DNA of 38,504 nucleotides. Origin: a virus. The translations under genes and the position numbers were made by a program. The stretch spans positions 1 to 38,504 of IMG/VR virus record IMGVR_UViG_3300011977_000003, one strand, 5' to 3'. The notes under the pieces were generated by a model. That model was not told the origin of the DNA. It saw only the letters and a list, made by a program, of their open reading frames with translations, and made no database searches. Below, in pieces: positions 37,407 through 38,504 of this stretch (positions are counted from its first letter, which is position 1; every line of letters starts with the position of its first letter).

Positions 37407-38504
37407 TTCGGCGGACGAAGACTCTCTGCTTGCCCAGATCCTTGATCCTCATGGTCGCGTTCGCGGGTCTTTCCCACTCCGGCAGCCTGGCCATGATGCT
37501 CGCGATCTCGTCGCCGTCGCGCCTTGTCCATTGGTTCTGGATCTTGCCGAAGCACTCGCAGAAGATCTCCATCGCGCTGACCTTTGTCCGCTGCATGGTG
37601 CCCACCTGCTGCTTCGGATCCAGGACGTCGCGCTGGCTGAAGTAGTCCTTGCGCTTGCCGAGGTCCCAGCTGTACCAGTCCTCCGGCAGCAGGGTGTCGA
37701 GGTAGTCGATCACCTGGCCCTCACGTTCGTCATACATGAGCGCCGCCTGCTGGGCCTTGGCCGCTTCCTTCTCCATCTCTGCATCCAGGAAGCTGTCCTC
37801 GCCCTCGGTGGCGTACATGGCCGCCTCGGCCCAGATCTGTGCCCTGGTGGCCTCTGTCATCTCCCAGACAGAGAGGCGGCCTCCGCCATCGACCGAGACG
37901 GGCCAGAAGCGCCGGTTGCCGGTGGCGTCCCTCAGGAAGCCGGTGGTGCTGTTGGTCGTTCCGCAGATGATCGCGGTCCTCGGGTGCCTCTCGACCACGC
38001 GGCCGTAGGCTGCCCGGTACTCGTCCACCTGCCGGGAGAGGAAGCCCTTCATCACGTCGATGTCAGCCTTCCGGGTTCCCTGCATCTCGCCGATCTCCAT
38101 GATCCAGACGCCCTGGAGCTTCTCGGCCGCCGTCTTGTCCCTGGTGTCTGCCAGGCTCAGGCTGTCGCTGAACCACTTGCCGCCCAGCTTCCGGAGCAGG
38201 GTGCTCTTGCCGATGCCCGGCTTCCCGTCGAGGACCAGCACGGTGTCGAATTTGCAGCCGGGCTCCCATACACGCTGAACCGCGCCGATCAGGGTCTTCC
38301 TCGTGACGGCCCGGACGTAGGGCGTGTCCTCCGCGCCCAGGTAGTCCACCAGCAGGGTGTCCACCCTCGGCACGCCGTCCCACTCCGGCAGCTGCCGTAT
38401 GTAGTCCCGCAGCGGATTGAAGCGCCGCTTGTCGGTGATCTGGGTCAGGGCCTTGGCGAACTTGTTCTCCGGGAACTGGACCTTGTACTTGTCGGCCACC
38501 CAGA
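37378..38504 (-). CDS. DNA primase/helicase, C-terminal part (VirE-family P-loop NTPase); continuation of 1..1434
   Basis: Contains the Walker A motif GKPGIGKST and the Walker B-like motif WIMEIGEM. The M at 38499 in the track is an internal GTG (Val), because the frame stays open to the window end and joins 1..1434. Confidence 0.85.
   Translation of the reverse strand, partial: WVADKYKVQFPENKFAKALTQITDKRRFNPLRDYIRQLPEWDGVPRVDTLLVDYLGAEDTPYVRAVTRKTLIGAVQRVWEPGCKFDTVLVLDGKPGIGKSTLLRKLGGKWFSDSLSLADTRDKTAAEKLQGVWIMEIGEMQGTRKADIDVMKGFLSRQVDEYRAAYGRVVERHPRTAIICGTTNSTTGFLRDATGNRRFWPVSVDGGGRLSVWEMTEATRAQIWAEAAMYATEGEDSFLDAEMEKEAAKAQQAALMYDEREGQVIDYLDTLLPEDWYSWDLGKRKDYFSQRDVLDPKQQVGTMQRTKVSAMEIFCECFGKIQNQWTRRDGDEIASIMARLPEWERPANATMRIKDLGKQRVFVRRSGNGNEGGR
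38428..38504. repeat. Terminal direct repeat, copy 2 (circular-assembly overlap)
   Basis: Exact 77-bp match to 1..77. It lies inside a coding frame that continues through the junction. Confidence 0.95.

Larger units (their letters stand above)
1..38504 (-). mobile_element. Complete circularly closed temperate siphovirus-like phage genome (unique length 38427 bp)
   Basis: A full set of phage modules is present: switch, integrase, replication, packaging, head, tail and lysis. The 77-bp ends are identical, and one ORF reads in frame across the junction. Confidence 0.85.

Noticed and set aside
38428-38504. The 77-bp terminal repeat as a biological direct terminal repeat or cos region.
   Set aside because: It lies inside a gene whose frame is restored exactly when one copy is removed. 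This is the expected behaviour of a circular-path assembly overlap. The terminase is of a type (PBSX-like) usually associated with headful packaging.

Overview
The window is a complete temperate siphovirus-like phage genome. It is circularly closed: bases 1..77 are identical to 38428..38504, giving a unique length of 38427 bp, and a primase/helicase gene reads in frame across the junction. The sequence looks GC-rich by eye. Its modules are of the Firmicutes-phage type: L27-type Prp processing motifs, a GH25/CHAP/CW_7 endolysin and an XkdX-like protein. A clostridial, Oscillospiraceae-like host is only a guess. Almost every real gene is on the minus strand. The exceptions are an XRE-type repressor and a large serine integrase (9995..11934, +). 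Most long plus-strand ORFs in the track are antisense shadows.

Minus-strand order, read around the circle:
- Divergent genetic switch (about 9870..9975), followed by early genes including an HNH endonuclease, an HTH protein and a membrane-anchored lytic transglycosylase.
- Replication module: DUF2800 nuclease, DUF2815 SSB-like protein, family A DNA polymerase, a small C-type-lectin-like ORF, and an 827-aa primase/VirE helicase that spans the junction.
- An iteron-rich putative origin, then VRR-NUC, a second HNH, an interrupted SNF2 helicase, a DUF4406 protein and a sigma-like late regulator.
- Packaging and head: TerS, TerL, portal, SPP1 gp7-like protein, phage-encoded Prp protease, scaffold and major capsid protein.
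- Connectors and tail: tube, chaperones, a tape measure protein with 5 x 132-bp repeats, Dit and tail-tip proteins.
- A diversity-generating retroelement (DGR), then the lysis cassette.

The main result is the DGR. It has the order target-avd-TR-RT (14626..17738). A 93-bp template repeat differs from the 3' end of a tail-fibre-like gene only at template adenines. A second variable repeat sits 14 kb away in a 189-aa ORF inside the replication operon (1979..2548). It is also mutated only at template adenines and carries the same IMH-like flank and GC hairpin.

Other points worth a second look:
- A phage Prp protease with three NLQLF-tagged substrates, one of which is the tail tube protein.
- A 4-nt insertion that breaks the SNF2 Walker A motif, next to an HNH gene.
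- A GGTAACGAG iteron cluster.
- A palindromic operator present in three copies.
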